Shown here piece after piece: positions 29,807-39,416 of a stretch of DNA of 64,000 bases. The DNA comes from Planctomycetales bacterium. GTDB taxonomy: Bacteria; Omnitrophota; Gorgyraeia; Zapsychrales; Zapsychraceae. The DNA is taken from the NCBI GenBank assembly GCA_005239675.1, contig SBBO01000020.1, positions 13,627 through 77,626 on the forward strand, written 5' to 3'. The position numbers and the translations under genes are program-made. The notes under the pieces were generated by a model that worked only from the letters and a program-made list of their open reading frames with translations, did no database searches and was not told the origin of the DNA. Position 1 is the stretch's first letter, and each line of letters starts with the position of its first letter.

Positions 29807-30661
29807 ATGAATAGGAATGCGGTGATCATGAATGTGGGTGTTGCCTTTTTAGTCGTTTTTTTACTGTGGTTGGTTTGGCCTAAGACCTCTCGTCTTTCTT
29901 CGGTATCCTCATTACAGCAGCAAGCTGTTGCATCCTCATTGCCGGAGCAAGCTGGTACTGGTTCGGTCCAGGCGCTTTATGAGGAGGCCAGCCTTGCTTT
30001 TAAAAACGGAGATATGGTGAAGGCCAGGGAGGACTACCGGAAGATCACCACTCAATACGCTAGTTTCAGCAAGATTGAGGAGGTCGAAAGTCAGCTCGCG
30101 GATGTCAACATGAGGATTGTCTTTTCCGCCACACCGGTCGCTGAATCGACCATGCACGAAGTCCAGTCTGGCGACACCTTGGGGAAGCTGGCCACTCAAT
30201 ACGGTACGACTGTTGACCTCATCAAGATCAGCAATAATCTTAAGAGTGATGTTATCCGTGTGGGGCAGAAACTACGTATCTGGAATGGAAAATTTAGTGT
30301 CTTTGTGGACAAGTCACAAAACATCCTTTTTCTTAAAAACGGCGATGAGATTTTAAAGGTTTATAAAGTCTCTACCGGAGAACATAACAGCACACCCACC
30401 GGGAAGTTCAAGATTGTTTCGAAATTAACTGATCCTGTGTGGTTCAATCGCGGGGTTGTTGTCCCACCGGAGAGTCCGCAGAATGTTTTAGGAACCCGTT
30501 GGATGGGATTTGATCTGCCCGGTTATGGCATCCATGGGACAATCGAGCCAATGACGATCGGTCAGCAGGTGACGGCGGGGTGTGTACGCATGCTTAACCA
30601 AGATGTGGAGGAGATCTATAGCCTGCTTCCCATGGGGACGGAAGTCGTTATTGTCGATTAG
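29807..30661 (+). CDS. LysM + YkuD L,D-transpeptidase
   Basis: TM anchor, HEVQSGDTL LysM, YGIHGT...TAGCVRM. Confidence 0.92.
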   Translation: MNRNAVIMNVGVAFLVVFLLWLVWPKTSRLSSVSSLQQQAVASSLPEQAGTGSVQALYEEASLAFKNGDMVKAREDYRKITTQYASFSKIEEVESQLADVNMRIVFSATPVAESTMHEVQSGDTLGKLATQYGTTVDLIKISNNLKSDVIRVGQKLRIWNGKFSVFVDKSQNILFLKNGDEILKVYKVSTGEHNSTPTGKFKIVSKLTDPVWFNRGVVVPPESPQNVLGTRWMGFDLPGYGIHGTIEPMTIGQQVTAGCVRMLNQDVEEIYSLLPMGTEVVIVD

Positions 30662-30679
30662 GTGAGGGATTTTATAAGC

Positions 30680-30783
30680 AAAAAATAAGAGGCAAGAAGC
30701 AAAGAAAAGATTAAGAAGATTATTCAACGGTGTTTGTATAAATAATTTTTCTTCTTGTCTTTGTTTCTTGTCTTTTTATCTTT
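30680..30783. repeat. Long imperfect purine/pyrimidine inverted repeat
   Basis: A/G-rich arm 30680-30724 is complementary, with G-U pairs, to the T/C-rich arm 30741-30783. Confidence 0.65.
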
Positions 30784-30810
30784 ATTCGCCATAAACAGAG
30801 ACAGGATTAT

Positions 30811-31764
30811 ATGCTCGAATTCGAAAAACCTATTTTTGAGCTAGGATTGAAGATCAAAGAGCTCGGGGTCTTTAGTGCCAGTAAAAAGATCGCTCTCGAG
30901 CCAGAACTCAAGAAATTGGCCGCTAAACTCGAGCAAATGAAGATCGAGATTTATAGTAATTTGACGCCCTGGCAGCGGATTCAGGTTGCCCGTCATCCCC
31001 AACGGCCTTTTACCATGGACTATGTGCGCATGATGACTAGTGATTTTATTGAATTGCATGGAGACCGGCAGTTCGCTGATGATCTGGCCATGGTCGCTGG
31101 TTTTGCGCAAATCGACGCAATGAAGGTCATGCTGATCGGGCACCAAAAAGGCCGCGATACCAAAGAAAATGTCCTGCGTAATTTTGGTTGTGCCCATCCA
31201 GAAGGGTATCGCAAGGCCATGCGCCTTATGAAGACCGCTGAGAAATTTGGCTTACCCATCGTTACCTTTATTGATACACCTGGCGCCTATCCTGGGATTG
31301 GTGCTGAGGAAAGGGGTCAGGCCCAGGCGATCGCGGAGAACCTACGAGACATGATTCATCTGAAAACGCCTATCATTGCGGCCATCATTGGTGAGGGTGG
31401 AAGCGGAGGGGCCCTGGGGATAGGGATCGCTGACAGGGTGTGTATTTTGCAGCATGCTTATTATTCTGTCATCTCACCTGAGGGATGCGCCTCGATTCTC
31501 TGGCGTAACGCGATCAAGGCCCCCCTAGCGGCTGAGGCGCTTAAGATTACGGCGGAAGACCTGCATAAAATCGGCGTTGTTGATAAAGTTATCGCTGAGC
31601 CCATGGGTGGTGCCCACCATGATCCCATTAAGACAGCATCTGATCTTAAAGAAATACTTCTCAAATATATCCAAGAATTGACCAGACTCTCCACTGAAGA
31701 CCTTCTAGAGCAGCGCTACGGCAAGTTTCGCAAGATGGGCATATTTCTCGAGACTCCAACCTAA
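30811..31764 (+). CDS. accA: Acetyl-CoA carboxylase carboxyltransferase alpha
   Basis: ARHPQRP, ELHGDR, PEGYRKA, IDTPGAYPG, GEGGSGGA. Confidence 0.97.
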   Translation: MLEFEKPIFELGLKIKELGVFSASKKIALEPELKKLAAKLEQMKIEIYSNLTPWQRIQVARHPQRPFTMDYVRMMTSDFIELHGDRQFADDLAMVAGFAQIDAMKVMLIGHQKGRDTKENVLRNFGCAHPEGYRKAMRLMKTAEKFGLPIVTFIDTPGAYPGIGAEERGQAQAIAENLRDMIHLKTPIIAAIIGEGGSGGALGIGIADRVCILQHAYYSVISPEGCASILWRNAIKAPLAAEALKITAEDLHKIGVVDKVIAEPMGGAHHDPIKTASDLKEILLKYIQELTRLSTEDLLEQRYGKFRKMGIFLETPT

Positions 31765-31769
31765 GCCCC

Positions 31770-32825
31770 TTGACCGGACTAATCGTGACTACCAAATTCG
31801 ATATCCGCAACCTGTCGTTTGATGAGTTGAGAAATTATTGCACTTCCATTAAAGAGAAGCCTTTTCGAGCCAAGCAGATTTTTGAGTGGATTTATCAAGA
31901 GGGTGCCTGGTCGTTTGACGAAATGACGAATCTCTCTCAAGAATTGCGGGATAAACTCAAGGAGAATTTTAACCTTTCACGGCTACCGATCGTACAAAAA
32001 CAGGTTTCCCAAGACGGAACGACAAAGTTTTTGTTTGATTTAGAAGACCACGAGAAGATCGAAACGGTATTAATCCCAACAGCGACAAGGACGACTGTCT
32101 GTGTCTCCAGTCAGGCAGGATGTAAATTTGGATGCCGTTTTTGTGCCAGTGGAATTGGCGGATGGAAACGAAATTTAACGGTCGCGGAAATTTTGACTGA
32201 AATTCTTCATGTAAAAGAAGAAGCCAAACAGCATCCGAATGCATTGTCACACATAGTTTTTATGGGCACTGGAGAAAATCTTGATTCCTATGAAAACGTA
32301 ATGAAAGCGATTCGAATTATCAATTCGAAAGAAGGTTTAAATATTGGCGCTCGGCGGATAACAATTTCGACCGTTGGCATTGTTCCTAAAATCAAACAGC
32401 TCGCGACAGAAAAAATCCAGTTTGAACTTGCCATTTCGCTTCATGGTTATGATAACGAATCAAGGAATGCCTTGATGCCCGTCAATAAGAAGTATCCTTT
32501 TGACGAACTCATGCAAGCCTGCCGGGAATACATAAAAGAAACAAAACGGCAGATCACATTTGAATATATTTTAATCAAAGATGTTACTTGTTCGGATAAG
32601 GCCGCTAAATCTTTAAGAAAAGCTTTTAAAGGTATGATTTGCAAGATGAATCTTATTCCATACAATCCTGTGTCGGAATTTGAGCACAAAACTCCATCGA
32701 GAGAGGAGATGTTTGCTTTTAGAGATCGTTTAGAAGAGTTTGGTATTCATGCTACGATTCGCACGCCTCGCGGACGAGATGTCGGCGCGGCTTGTGGACA
32801 GTTGCGACATGCGCATAAAAATTGA
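31770..32825 (+). CDS. rlmN: Dual-specificity RNA methyltransferase RlmN (start TTG 31770 or GTG 31785)
   Basis: CVSSQAGCKFGCRFCAS, FMGTGE, ACGQL. Confidence 0.95.
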   Translation: MTGLIVTTKFDIRNLSFDELRNYCTSIKEKPFRAKQIFEWIYQEGAWSFDEMTNLSQELRDKLKENFNLSRLPIVQKQVSQDGTTKFLFDLEDHEKIETVLIPTATRTTVCVSSQAGCKFGCRFCASGIGGWKRNLTVAEILTEILHVKEEAKQHPNALSHIVFMGTGENLDSYENVMKAIRIINSKEGLNIGARRITISTVGIVPKIKQLATEKIQFELAISLHGYDNESRNALMPVNKKYPFDELMQACREYIKETKRQITFEYILIKDVTCSDKAAKSLRKAFKGMICKMNLIPYNPVSEFEHKTPSREEMFAFRDRLEEFGIHATIRTPRGRDVGAACGQLRHAHKN

Positions 32826-32998
32826 TCATGGGGGCAGTAAAAAATGTTTCAATGTATAACTCGTTGAGCACTGATTGTTGCGGCTAAAAAACCTTTTATG
32901 GAAGAGTAAAATTCATCCAGGATCGTTTGATTGAGCCTCTCGGTGTAAAGACAATTTTTCAAAATATAGGAATAAAAATATTTTTTAACAAAGTACAG

Positions 32999-33511
32999 TT
33001 AGTTGCCTGTGTCAGGTAATTTTCGACTGATTTTTTCTACTAGAGATCGGAGCTTAGAATTCTGCAGAATTGATTGGGTCTTTTTGTCTTGCTGGATTTT
33101 ATTGGGATCATAACTCATGATCGTACTCATGAATTCGGGGTCGGAGAGGGCGGCACGGATTTCTGGGTCGTCCATGAGGGCCTCTATCTCCATCATGACC
33201 TGTGGGTCAGACATGAGAGTACCTTGAAGCGCCTGGACCTGATCTTTAATAGATCCTGCGCCTGATGTCTCTTGCGGTGTTGCTGCTGATTGCGTTCCCA
33301 CCCCAATACCTAGAACCTCAGATTCAGCAACATCAATCTTCCCTAGATTGTCTGTTGTTATCGTATAAATACCGTCTCTTAGCTGCGTAACCTTGCCTTT
33401 AATGACCGATCCGTCCCTGAGGGTGATTGTCTTGACCGATTGGGCCCAGGAGAGACACGGCACGCCTAAGACCAGGATTGCTAGGATTATTTTTAAGTAG
33501 TTTCTGTTCAT
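32999..33511 (-). CDS. Secreted hypothetical protein with an STI1-like DP-repeat C-terminus
   Basis: Signal peptide, AAGGAG SD, ITLRDGSVIKG N-domain, repeated SDP/DDP motifs. Confidence 0.75.
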   Translation of the reverse strand: MNRNYLKIILAILVLGVPCLSWAQSVKTITLRDGSVIKGKVTQLRDGIYTITTDNLGKIDVAESEVLGIGVGTQSAATPQETSGAGSIKDQVQALQGTLMSDPQVMMEIEALMDDPEIRAALSDPEFMSTIMSYDPNKIQQDKKTQSILQNSKLRSLVEKISRKLPDTGN

Positions 33512-33678
33512 GATATCTCCTTTGCGCCTCGCGTGATCGCTTAGAACTGTCTTCGTTAAAGCCCGTTTTGTCTTATCTTAGCGCCCTTCATGTATCCTGC
33601 CAAGACTTTTTCTAATTTGTCATTTATCAATTAAAAGTGAACCGTCTTTGCAGGCTTATCTTCTAAGAATCGAAATTA

Positions 33679-33761
33679 TGCCGAAGGTGGGAGTTGAACC
33701 CACACCGGGTTGCCCCGACTGGTTTTTGAGACCAGCGCGTATGCCATTTCGCCACTTCGGC
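33679..33761 (-). tRNA. tRNA-Leu(CAA), CCA not encoded
   Basis: GCCGAAG acceptor, CTGGT-CTCAAAA-ACCAG anticodon arm, long variable arm, GTGGG-TTCAACT-CCCAC. Confidence 0.95.
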
Positions 33762-33775
33762 GTTTGCGTATCCTA

Positions 33776-34162
33776 CTACTGATATTTTTCTTTGATATCA
33801 TGTTTATTAAAATACGCGATAACCAGACCATGATAAATGACGGACAAGATATTTTTTGTTGGCCCCGGGATCACGGTCTCCAAGGCGCCATTTAAATGGA
33901 TAACGTCCATAAAGATCAGAAGCTTGCTTAAGATGATGACCGAGGAAAAATACATCAAAAGCTGGTATGCTAGTTTTTTGAAGTTCAGGATACCGATACC
34001 GATCAATATCGATACGATCCCGGCAACGATGACAAAGGTGAACACCTTGGGGGATTTGTCGTTGATGGCCAACATCTTGGCAGCCAGGTTCGATGTGACT
34101 GTTATTCCCCCAATTATGATCTCCATGATGCCGATGACAAGGACTGTTGGAGGATATTTCAT
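33776..34162 (-). CDS. Hypothetical 4-TM membrane protein lying between two tRNAs
   Basis: 128-aa hydrophobic ORF. Confidence 0.75.
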   Translation of the reverse strand: MKYPPTVLVIGIMEIIIGGITVTSNLAAKMLAINDKSPKVFTFVIVAGIVSILIGIGILNFKKLAYQLLMYFSSVIILSKLLIFMDVIHLNGALETVIPGPTKNILSVIYHGLVIAYFNKHDIKEKYQ

Positions 34163-34220
34163 GGTGCGTTGGGTAAGGATAGATTCGATTCAGTGCCGCT
34201 GTTAGACAGCTAATCGTTTT

Positions 34221-34296
<76 letters not shown>

Positions 34297-34319
34297 ATCA
34301 TGCCTTTAAATTGTCCTTC

Positions 34320-34348
34320 AATATAGCATTCGTCTTTCGTATTGTCAA
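34320..34348 (-). promoter_or_regulatory. Sigma70 promoter for the tRNA-Ala unit
   Basis: TTGACA-17 nt-TATATT with an extended -10 TG on the minus strand. Confidence 0.75.
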
Positions 34349-34436
34349 TCCACGCGACCTACGCGACTTACGGCCATGATGGTGGGTTCCATTACTTTAG
34401 GCCTTGATACACTGTAAACTATTATTCTAATACAAG

Positions 34437-34465
34437 TTGACAATTAAATCTCAGCACGATAAAAT
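34437..34465 (+). promoter_or_regulatory. Sigma70 promoter for iscS
   Basis: TTGACA-17 nt-TAAAAT, 7 nt before ATG 34473. Confidence 0.75.
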
Positions 34466-34472
34466 TCGCATA

Positions 34473-35612
34473 ATGGATAAAATTTATTTTGATTATGCAT
34501 CGACGACGCCCGCGGACCCTTGTGTGGTGGCGGCTATGGGGCCGTATTTGGATGGCCAGTTCGGCAATCCAGCGAGCCCCCATGCCTTTGGTAGGGAGGC
34601 CCTCAAGGCGATCGAAGACGCGCGTGAAACGGTGGCGCGCTCCATCGGCGCCCACCCGGAGGAGATTATTTTTAATTCCGGAGCGACTGAAGGCAATAAT
34701 CACGCGCTGTTAGGCGCTGTCCGTAGCCTGCGAGACAAGGGCCGGCATATCATCATCTCAGCGGTCGAGCACCCCTCCATCGAACGGCCGGCTGCTTATT
34801 TGGAGAGCGAAGGGTGCCCAGTTACGTATCTTGCAGTCAATCGAGAAGGGTTGGTTGACCCGCAACAGATCAAGGAGGCCCTGACCGATGAGACCATTCT
34901 GGTTGCTGTCATGCACGCTAATAATGAGATTGGCACGATCGAGCCAGTTGAGGAGATCGGTAAGATTATGCGCGCCCGAGGGATTTTATTTTTGGTCGAT
35001 GCCGTTCAAACTGCGGGGCATGTCCCGGTTGATGTCGAGCGCTTGGGTGCGGACTTTCTGACTATGTCGGCGCATAAATTTTACGGCCCTAAAGGGGTTG
35101 GGGCCTTGTATGTTCGCCGCAAGACAAAGATCAGTCCATTTTTGATGGGCGGCGATCAGGAAAGGGGCCGACGCGCCTCTACGCAAAACCCGGCCGGGAT
35201 CGTTGGTCTGGCCAAGGCCCTCACGGTGTGCCTGGAAAACATGCCGCAGGAGATGGCAACTCAGATAAGATTGCGAGACCAATTGTTGACCGAAATCCCG
35301 CGGCGTATTCAAGATGTCGTTGTCAATGGCCATAGCACGGCGCGTCTGCCGAACAACAGTCATTTTTCATTTGAGGGCCTTTCCGGAGAGTCTCTTCTGA
35401 TGAGTTTAGATATGGCTGGTATCTGTGCCTCCATGGGTTCGGCCTGCAAGGCCGGGTCGATGGTGCCATCGAGAATTTTATCGGCCATTGGTTTATCTGA
35501 TGAATTGGCGCACGGGGCATTGCGTCTTACGATCGGCCGTTGGACAACGCAGGCCCATATCGATTATCTTTTAGAACAACTACCGGTTGCTGTCAGGAAT
35601 CTTAGGGTATGA
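34473..35612 (+). CDS. iscS: Cysteine desulfurase IscS/NifS-type (start reassigned to ATG 34473)
   Basis: IYFDYASTTP, FGNPAS.H, SAHKFYGPKG, GSAC. Confidence 0.92.
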   Translation: MDKIYFDYASTTPADPCVVAAMGPYLDGQFGNPASPHAFGREALKAIEDARETVARSIGAHPEEIIFNSGATEGNNHALLGAVRSLRDKGRHIIISAVEHPSIERPAAYLESEGCPVTYLAVNREGLVDPQQIKEALTDETILVAVMHANNEIGTIEPVEEIGKIMRARGILFLVDAVQTAGHVPVDVERLGADFLTMSAHKFYGPKGVGALYVRRKTKISPFLMGGDQERGRRASTQNPAGIVGLAKALTVCLENMPQEMATQIRLRDQLLTEIPRRIQDVVVNGHSTARLPNNSHFSFEGLSGESLLMSLDMAGICASMGSACKAGSMVPSRILSAIGLSDELAHGALRLTIGRWTTQAHIDYLLEQLPVAVRNLRV

Positions 35613-36565
35613 AGGAAAAGATTATTTATTTTTTGAAAGAGGCCAGGGAAGGCTATGTCTCTGGCGAAGAAATCAGTCGCCGCTACGCCGTAAGCCGGGC
35701 TGCCATTTGGAAATACATTCAGGAGTTGCGCGGGGATGGATTTGATATTATAGCTGTACCGCACCTAGGGTATAAACTGGTCGCCTCACCGGACAAATTG
35801 CTTCCAACGGAGATTCAATACGGCCTTAAGACACAATATCTGGGTAAAAAGATTATTTACGAAAATATGGTCAACTCAACGATGGATGTCGCTTTTCGTC
35901 TGGGGATGGAGGGGGCGGTGCAAGGTACGCTCGTCTGTGCTGAAGGGCAGACCAATGGCAAGGGGCGCCTGGGTCGTACTTGGAGTTCTCCTAAATGGAA
36001 AGGCGTTTATATGTCGATAGTGCTTAGGCCCTCGCTCGCGCTAACCCAGGTAACGCAATTGACTTTACTGGCGGCCGTTGCTGTGTGCGAGGCCATCCAG
36101 CGGGTGTCGGGCGTTGCGGCGCGTATCAAATGGCCTAATGATATTCTTGTTATGAACCGCAAGTTGGCCGGGATATTGACTGAATTGAGCGCTGAGACTG
36201 ACCAGGTGCGTTTTGTTGTCATCGGTATCGGTATCAATGTCAATACGCCGTTACGCCTTTTGCCGCTGACCGCGACTTCGCTCAAAGAAGAGACCCAGCG
36301 AAAGATATCCCGGGTGGAATTAGTTCAGGAAATCCTGTGCCTTTTGGAGCAATGGTACGAGCGTCTCCAAAAAGAGGGTTTTGATGGTGTGGTCCAGCGC
36401 TGGAAAGAACTCTCTTCAACGCTGGGTCGGCGCATTCGGGTGGTGGATCCCAGCGGTGATGTGGAAGGGGAGGCCATTGATTTGGACGGGATGGGTGGTC
36501 TTTTGATCCGTAACGACACAGGGCTCGTTATTAGTAAAACTGCCGGAGATGTTATTGATGAATAA
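35609..36565 (+). CDS. birA: Bifunctional biotin ligase/repressor BirA
   Basis: N-terminal HTH (SGEEI...SRAAIWKYI), GKGRLGR.W, KWPND, KLAGIL. Confidence 0.95.
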   Translation: MKEKIIYFLKEAREGYVSGEEISRRYAVSRAAIWKYIQELRGDGFDIIAVPHLGYKLVASPDKLLPTEIQYGLKTQYLGKKIIYENMVNSTMDVAFRLGMEGAVQGTLVCAEGQTNGKGRLGRTWSSPKWKGVYMSIVLRPSLALTQVTQLTLLAAVAVCEAIQRVSGVAARIKWPNDILVMNRKLAGILTELSAETDQVRFVVIGIGINVNTPLRLLPLTATSLKEETQRKISRVELVQEILCLLEQWYERLQKEGFDGVVQRWKELSSTLGRRIRVVDPSGDVEGEAIDLDGMGGLLIRNDTGLVISKTAGDVIDE

Positions 36566-37739
36566 AAGAGTATCTCCCCCCTGGGAAGAAGAGATCCTGG
36601 ACCTCGAGCGCTCGGGATTAAAGCGACGCCTGCGGGATCTGAGTGGTGCGCAGGGTCGCATGATCACTCTCGATGGAAAAGAAGTTCTTAATTTCTGTTC
36701 GAATAATTATTTGGGATTGGCCGATGACCCGCGCCTGCGTCGGGCTGCGGTAGAGGTGATTGAAAAGGAAGGAGTGGGTTCCGGTGCCTCGCGGCTTATC
36801 AGCGGCAATATGGCGGCCCATCGTGCGCTTGAAGAGACGATCGCCCATTTTAAGGGGACGCAGGGCGCCTTAGTCTTTAGTGCTGGGTATATGGCTAACG
36901 TAGGAATTATATCGAGTGTTTTCGGTCGCGACGATATTATTTTCGGCGACCGGCTGAATCATGCCTCGATTATCGATGGGATTGTTTTAAGCCAGGCCAA
37001 ATTTAGGCGCTATCCTCATTGCGATATGGAAACACTCGAGGAGATGTTGCGGTCAGCGACAGGTTTTCGTTGGCGTGGCATCATTACCGACAGTGTTTTT
37101 AGCATGGATGGCGATATCGCGCCTTTGGATAAAATTGTTGCCCTGGCAGAACGATATGATTGTTTGGTCATGATTGATGAGGCGCACGCCTTGGGTGTCA
37201 TCGGCAAACACGGCAAAGGGCTGGCAGAATATTTTGGTGTGGAAGACAAGATTGCTATCCAGATGGGAACACTCTCTAAGGCTGCCGGTTGTTTCGGTGC
37301 CTACTGCAGCGGGTCCAAGGCGCTGATTGATTTTTTGATCAACAAGGCGCGTAGTTTTATGTATACAACCGCGATACCACCGGCGGTAGCAGCATCGGCG
37401 CAAAAGGCCATACAGATTATCCGTGATGATACCATGCTGCGCCAACTATTATGGGAGAATACGCATTATTTTAAGAAGGCGCTGGATCAGATAGGATTTG
37501 ATACACTCGGCTCGCAGACACCCATTATCCCGATCATTGTAGGAGAATCGCGTTTGACAGTTGAATTCTCAAGGCGTTTATGGGATGAAGGCATCTTTGT
37601 TAGCGCGATTCGTCCGCCAACGGTGCCGGTCCATACGGGGCGCTTACGCTTGACGGTCATGGCCACCCATACGCGCGAAGACCTCGATTATGCCTTGGAA
37701 AAATTAAAGATGATTGGCAGAGGATTGAACTTGGTTTAA
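36558..37739 (+). CDS. bioF: 8-amino-7-oxononanoate synthase
   Basis: SNNYLGL, GSGASRL, NHASIIDG, DEAH, GTLSKA. Confidence 0.94.
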   Translation: MNKRVSPPWEEEILDLERSGLKRRLRDLSGAQGRMITLDGKEVLNFCSNNYLGLADDPRLRRAAVEVIEKEGVGSGASRLISGNMAAHRALEETIAHFKGTQGALVFSAGYMANVGIISSVFGRDDIIFGDRLNHASIIDGIVLSQAKFRRYPHCDMETLEEMLRSATGFRWRGIITDSVFSMDGDIAPLDKIVALAERYDCLVMIDEAHALGVIGKHGKGLAEYFGVEDKIAIQMGTLSKAAGCFGAYCSGSKALIDFLINKARSFMYTTAIPPAVAASAQKAIQIIRDDTMLRQLLWENTHYFKKALDQIGFDTLGSQTPIIPIIVGESRLTVEFSRRLWDEGIFVSAIRPPTVPVHTGRLRLTVMATHTREDLDYALEKLKMIGRGLNLV

Positions 37740-37745
37740 ACCATT

Positions 37746-38555
37746 ATGCCTTATATCACGACCCACAGCGGGATTGACTGGCATTACGACATCGAAGGTA
37801 CCGGTGAGCACCTGTTGTTCCTACATGGCTGGGGTGTAGACAAGCGCATCTGGCGTCAGCAATCGAAATTCTTTTCTCAATATTATCGTGCGATGACCAT
37901 TGATCTGCCTGGCCATGGTAAAAGCGGATGGAAAGAGATGACCCTGGAGACGATGGTCAAAGACCTTAAAACGATCCTGCAGGTATTGCAGTTAACCGAG
38001 GTTACTATCATCGGCAGTTCCTTGGGGGGACTGATGGCCTTGAAATTATACGCCATCCATTCGACAGGGATCAAACGGTTGGCCTTGGTCGGTGCCATGC
38101 CGAAATTTGCTAAGTCCGCTGATTATCCGTATGGCCTGGATATAAGTCGGATGCGTAAATTAAAGGGCCAGCTGGACAGTGATTATCCATCGATTGTTGA
38201 TATTTTTTTTCGTTCGCTATTTACTCGGGAAGAACGGCAAGGCCGGCGGTTCAAGTGGTTGCAAAAGTTTCGGCGATTCGATGGGGTGCCGATGCAGCAG
38301 GCGTTGGCTGGATATTTGGACATCTTGGAGCAAGAAGACCTGCGCGAGGTCCTTAAAGAAGTACGCGTCCCCATCCAATTCATCAACGGTCAGGATGATG
38401 AAATCTGCAATAAGGAAATAGTGGCCTTTCTCAAAAAGGTACGCCCCGAGTCACAGTTTTATTTCTTTGAGCAATGTGGCCATTTTCCGTTTTTAAGCAA
38501 GCCCCATGAATTCAACCAGGTCCTCGGGGCCTTTCTCAAGAGATCAACATTGTAA
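37746..38555 (+). CDS. bioH: Alpha/beta hydrolase, pimeloyl-ACP methyl ester esterase BioH-like
   Basis: LHGWG, DLPGHG, GSSLGG, GHFPF; located between bioF and bioC. Confidence 0.8.
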   Translation: MPYITTHSGIDWHYDIEGTGEHLLFLHGWGVDKRIWRQQSKFFSQYYRAMTIDLPGHGKSGWKEMTLETMVKDLKTILQVLQLTEVTIIGSSLGGLMALKLYAIHSTGIKRLALVGAMPKFAKSADYPYGLDISRMRKLKGQLDSDYPSIVDIFFRSLFTREERQGRRFKWLQKFRRFDGVPMQQALAGYLDILEQEDLREVLKEVRVPIQFINGQDDEICNKEIVAFLKKVRPESQFYFFEQCGHFPFLSKPHEFNQVLGAFLKRSTL

Positions 38556-38561
38556 ATCACG

Positions 38562-39374
38562 ATGATTTTAAAATTGATTGATGATAAAATTCGCCGCGCT
38601 TTCTCAGATGCTGCTGTACGCTATGACGTCTTGACTGGTTTGCACAAGGAAATCGGCCGCGAACTGCTTAAGAAAATAACAGGATCCATGGAGGGTGTGA
38701 GTGGGGGCGTGGTTGCTGAACCGACCTCCATACTAGATGTGGGCTCAGGAACCGGCTGGTCCACGGTCAGAATAAAGACATGCTTCCCTGAGGCCCGTGT
38801 AGTGGGGATAGATGCTGCCGAAGGGATGGTCGAGGCGGCAAGACGCCGCGAGGAGGGTTTACAGATTGTCCAGGCTGATGCAGCACGGTTGCCATTCAAA
38901 AAAGAAACCTTTGATCTTATTTTCTCCAACTTAGCGTACCAGTGGGTTAGCAATCCGGCGGTGGCCTTTACAGAATGTTATCGGGTTTTACGTAGTAATG
39001 GGAAGCTCTATGCAACGATATTCGGATATCATACGTTTCAGGAATTATTCGATGCCTTAATGAAAACCCGTGAGGTCAGCAAAAAAGATATTTGTTGCGC
39101 GCGGCTTGCAAGCAAAGAAGAGATGTCTGTTGCGTTCCATAAGGCGGGATTCCCAGCGGTTCGTCTTGAAGGGGAAACGATCCGCGTGCACTTTCCCGAC
39201 ATGATGGCCATTGTTCAATGGGTCAAGGACATCGGCGCCAACACATTGATGCATCCTATGTCCGTCGGTCGGGACTGGCTGAACAGGGCCAATGATTATT
39301 ATCTTAACACCTTTCACGATCGTTGGGGTGTTTATGCGACCTTTGAAGTGATTTGGGTGGAAGTTGGGAAATAA
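38562..39374 (+). CDS. bioC: Malonyl-ACP O-methyltransferase BioC
   Basis: AFS.AA..YD, ILDVGSGTG, FSNLAYQW, KDIGAN. Confidence 0.88.
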   Translation: MILKLIDDKIRRAFSDAAVRYDVLTGLHKEIGRELLKKITGSMEGVSGGVVAEPTSILDVGSGTGWSTVRIKTCFPEARVVGIDAAEGMVEAARRREEGLQIVQADAARLPFKKETFDLIFSNLAYQWVSNPAVAFTECYRVLRSNGKLYATIFGYHTFQELFDALMKTREVSKKDICCARLASKEEMSVAFHKAGFPAVRLEGETIRVHFPDMMAIVQWVKDIGANTLMHPMSVGRDWLNRANDYYLNTFHDRWGVYATFEVIWVEVGK

Positions 39375-39416
39375 GAAGACTAATTTTGTCAAAGTCGAGA
39401 GGACTAACATTTAGCC

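Noticed and set aside
34437-34472. TTG start for iscS given by the ORF track
   Set aside because: That TTG is the -35 box, and homology begins at MDKIYFD.
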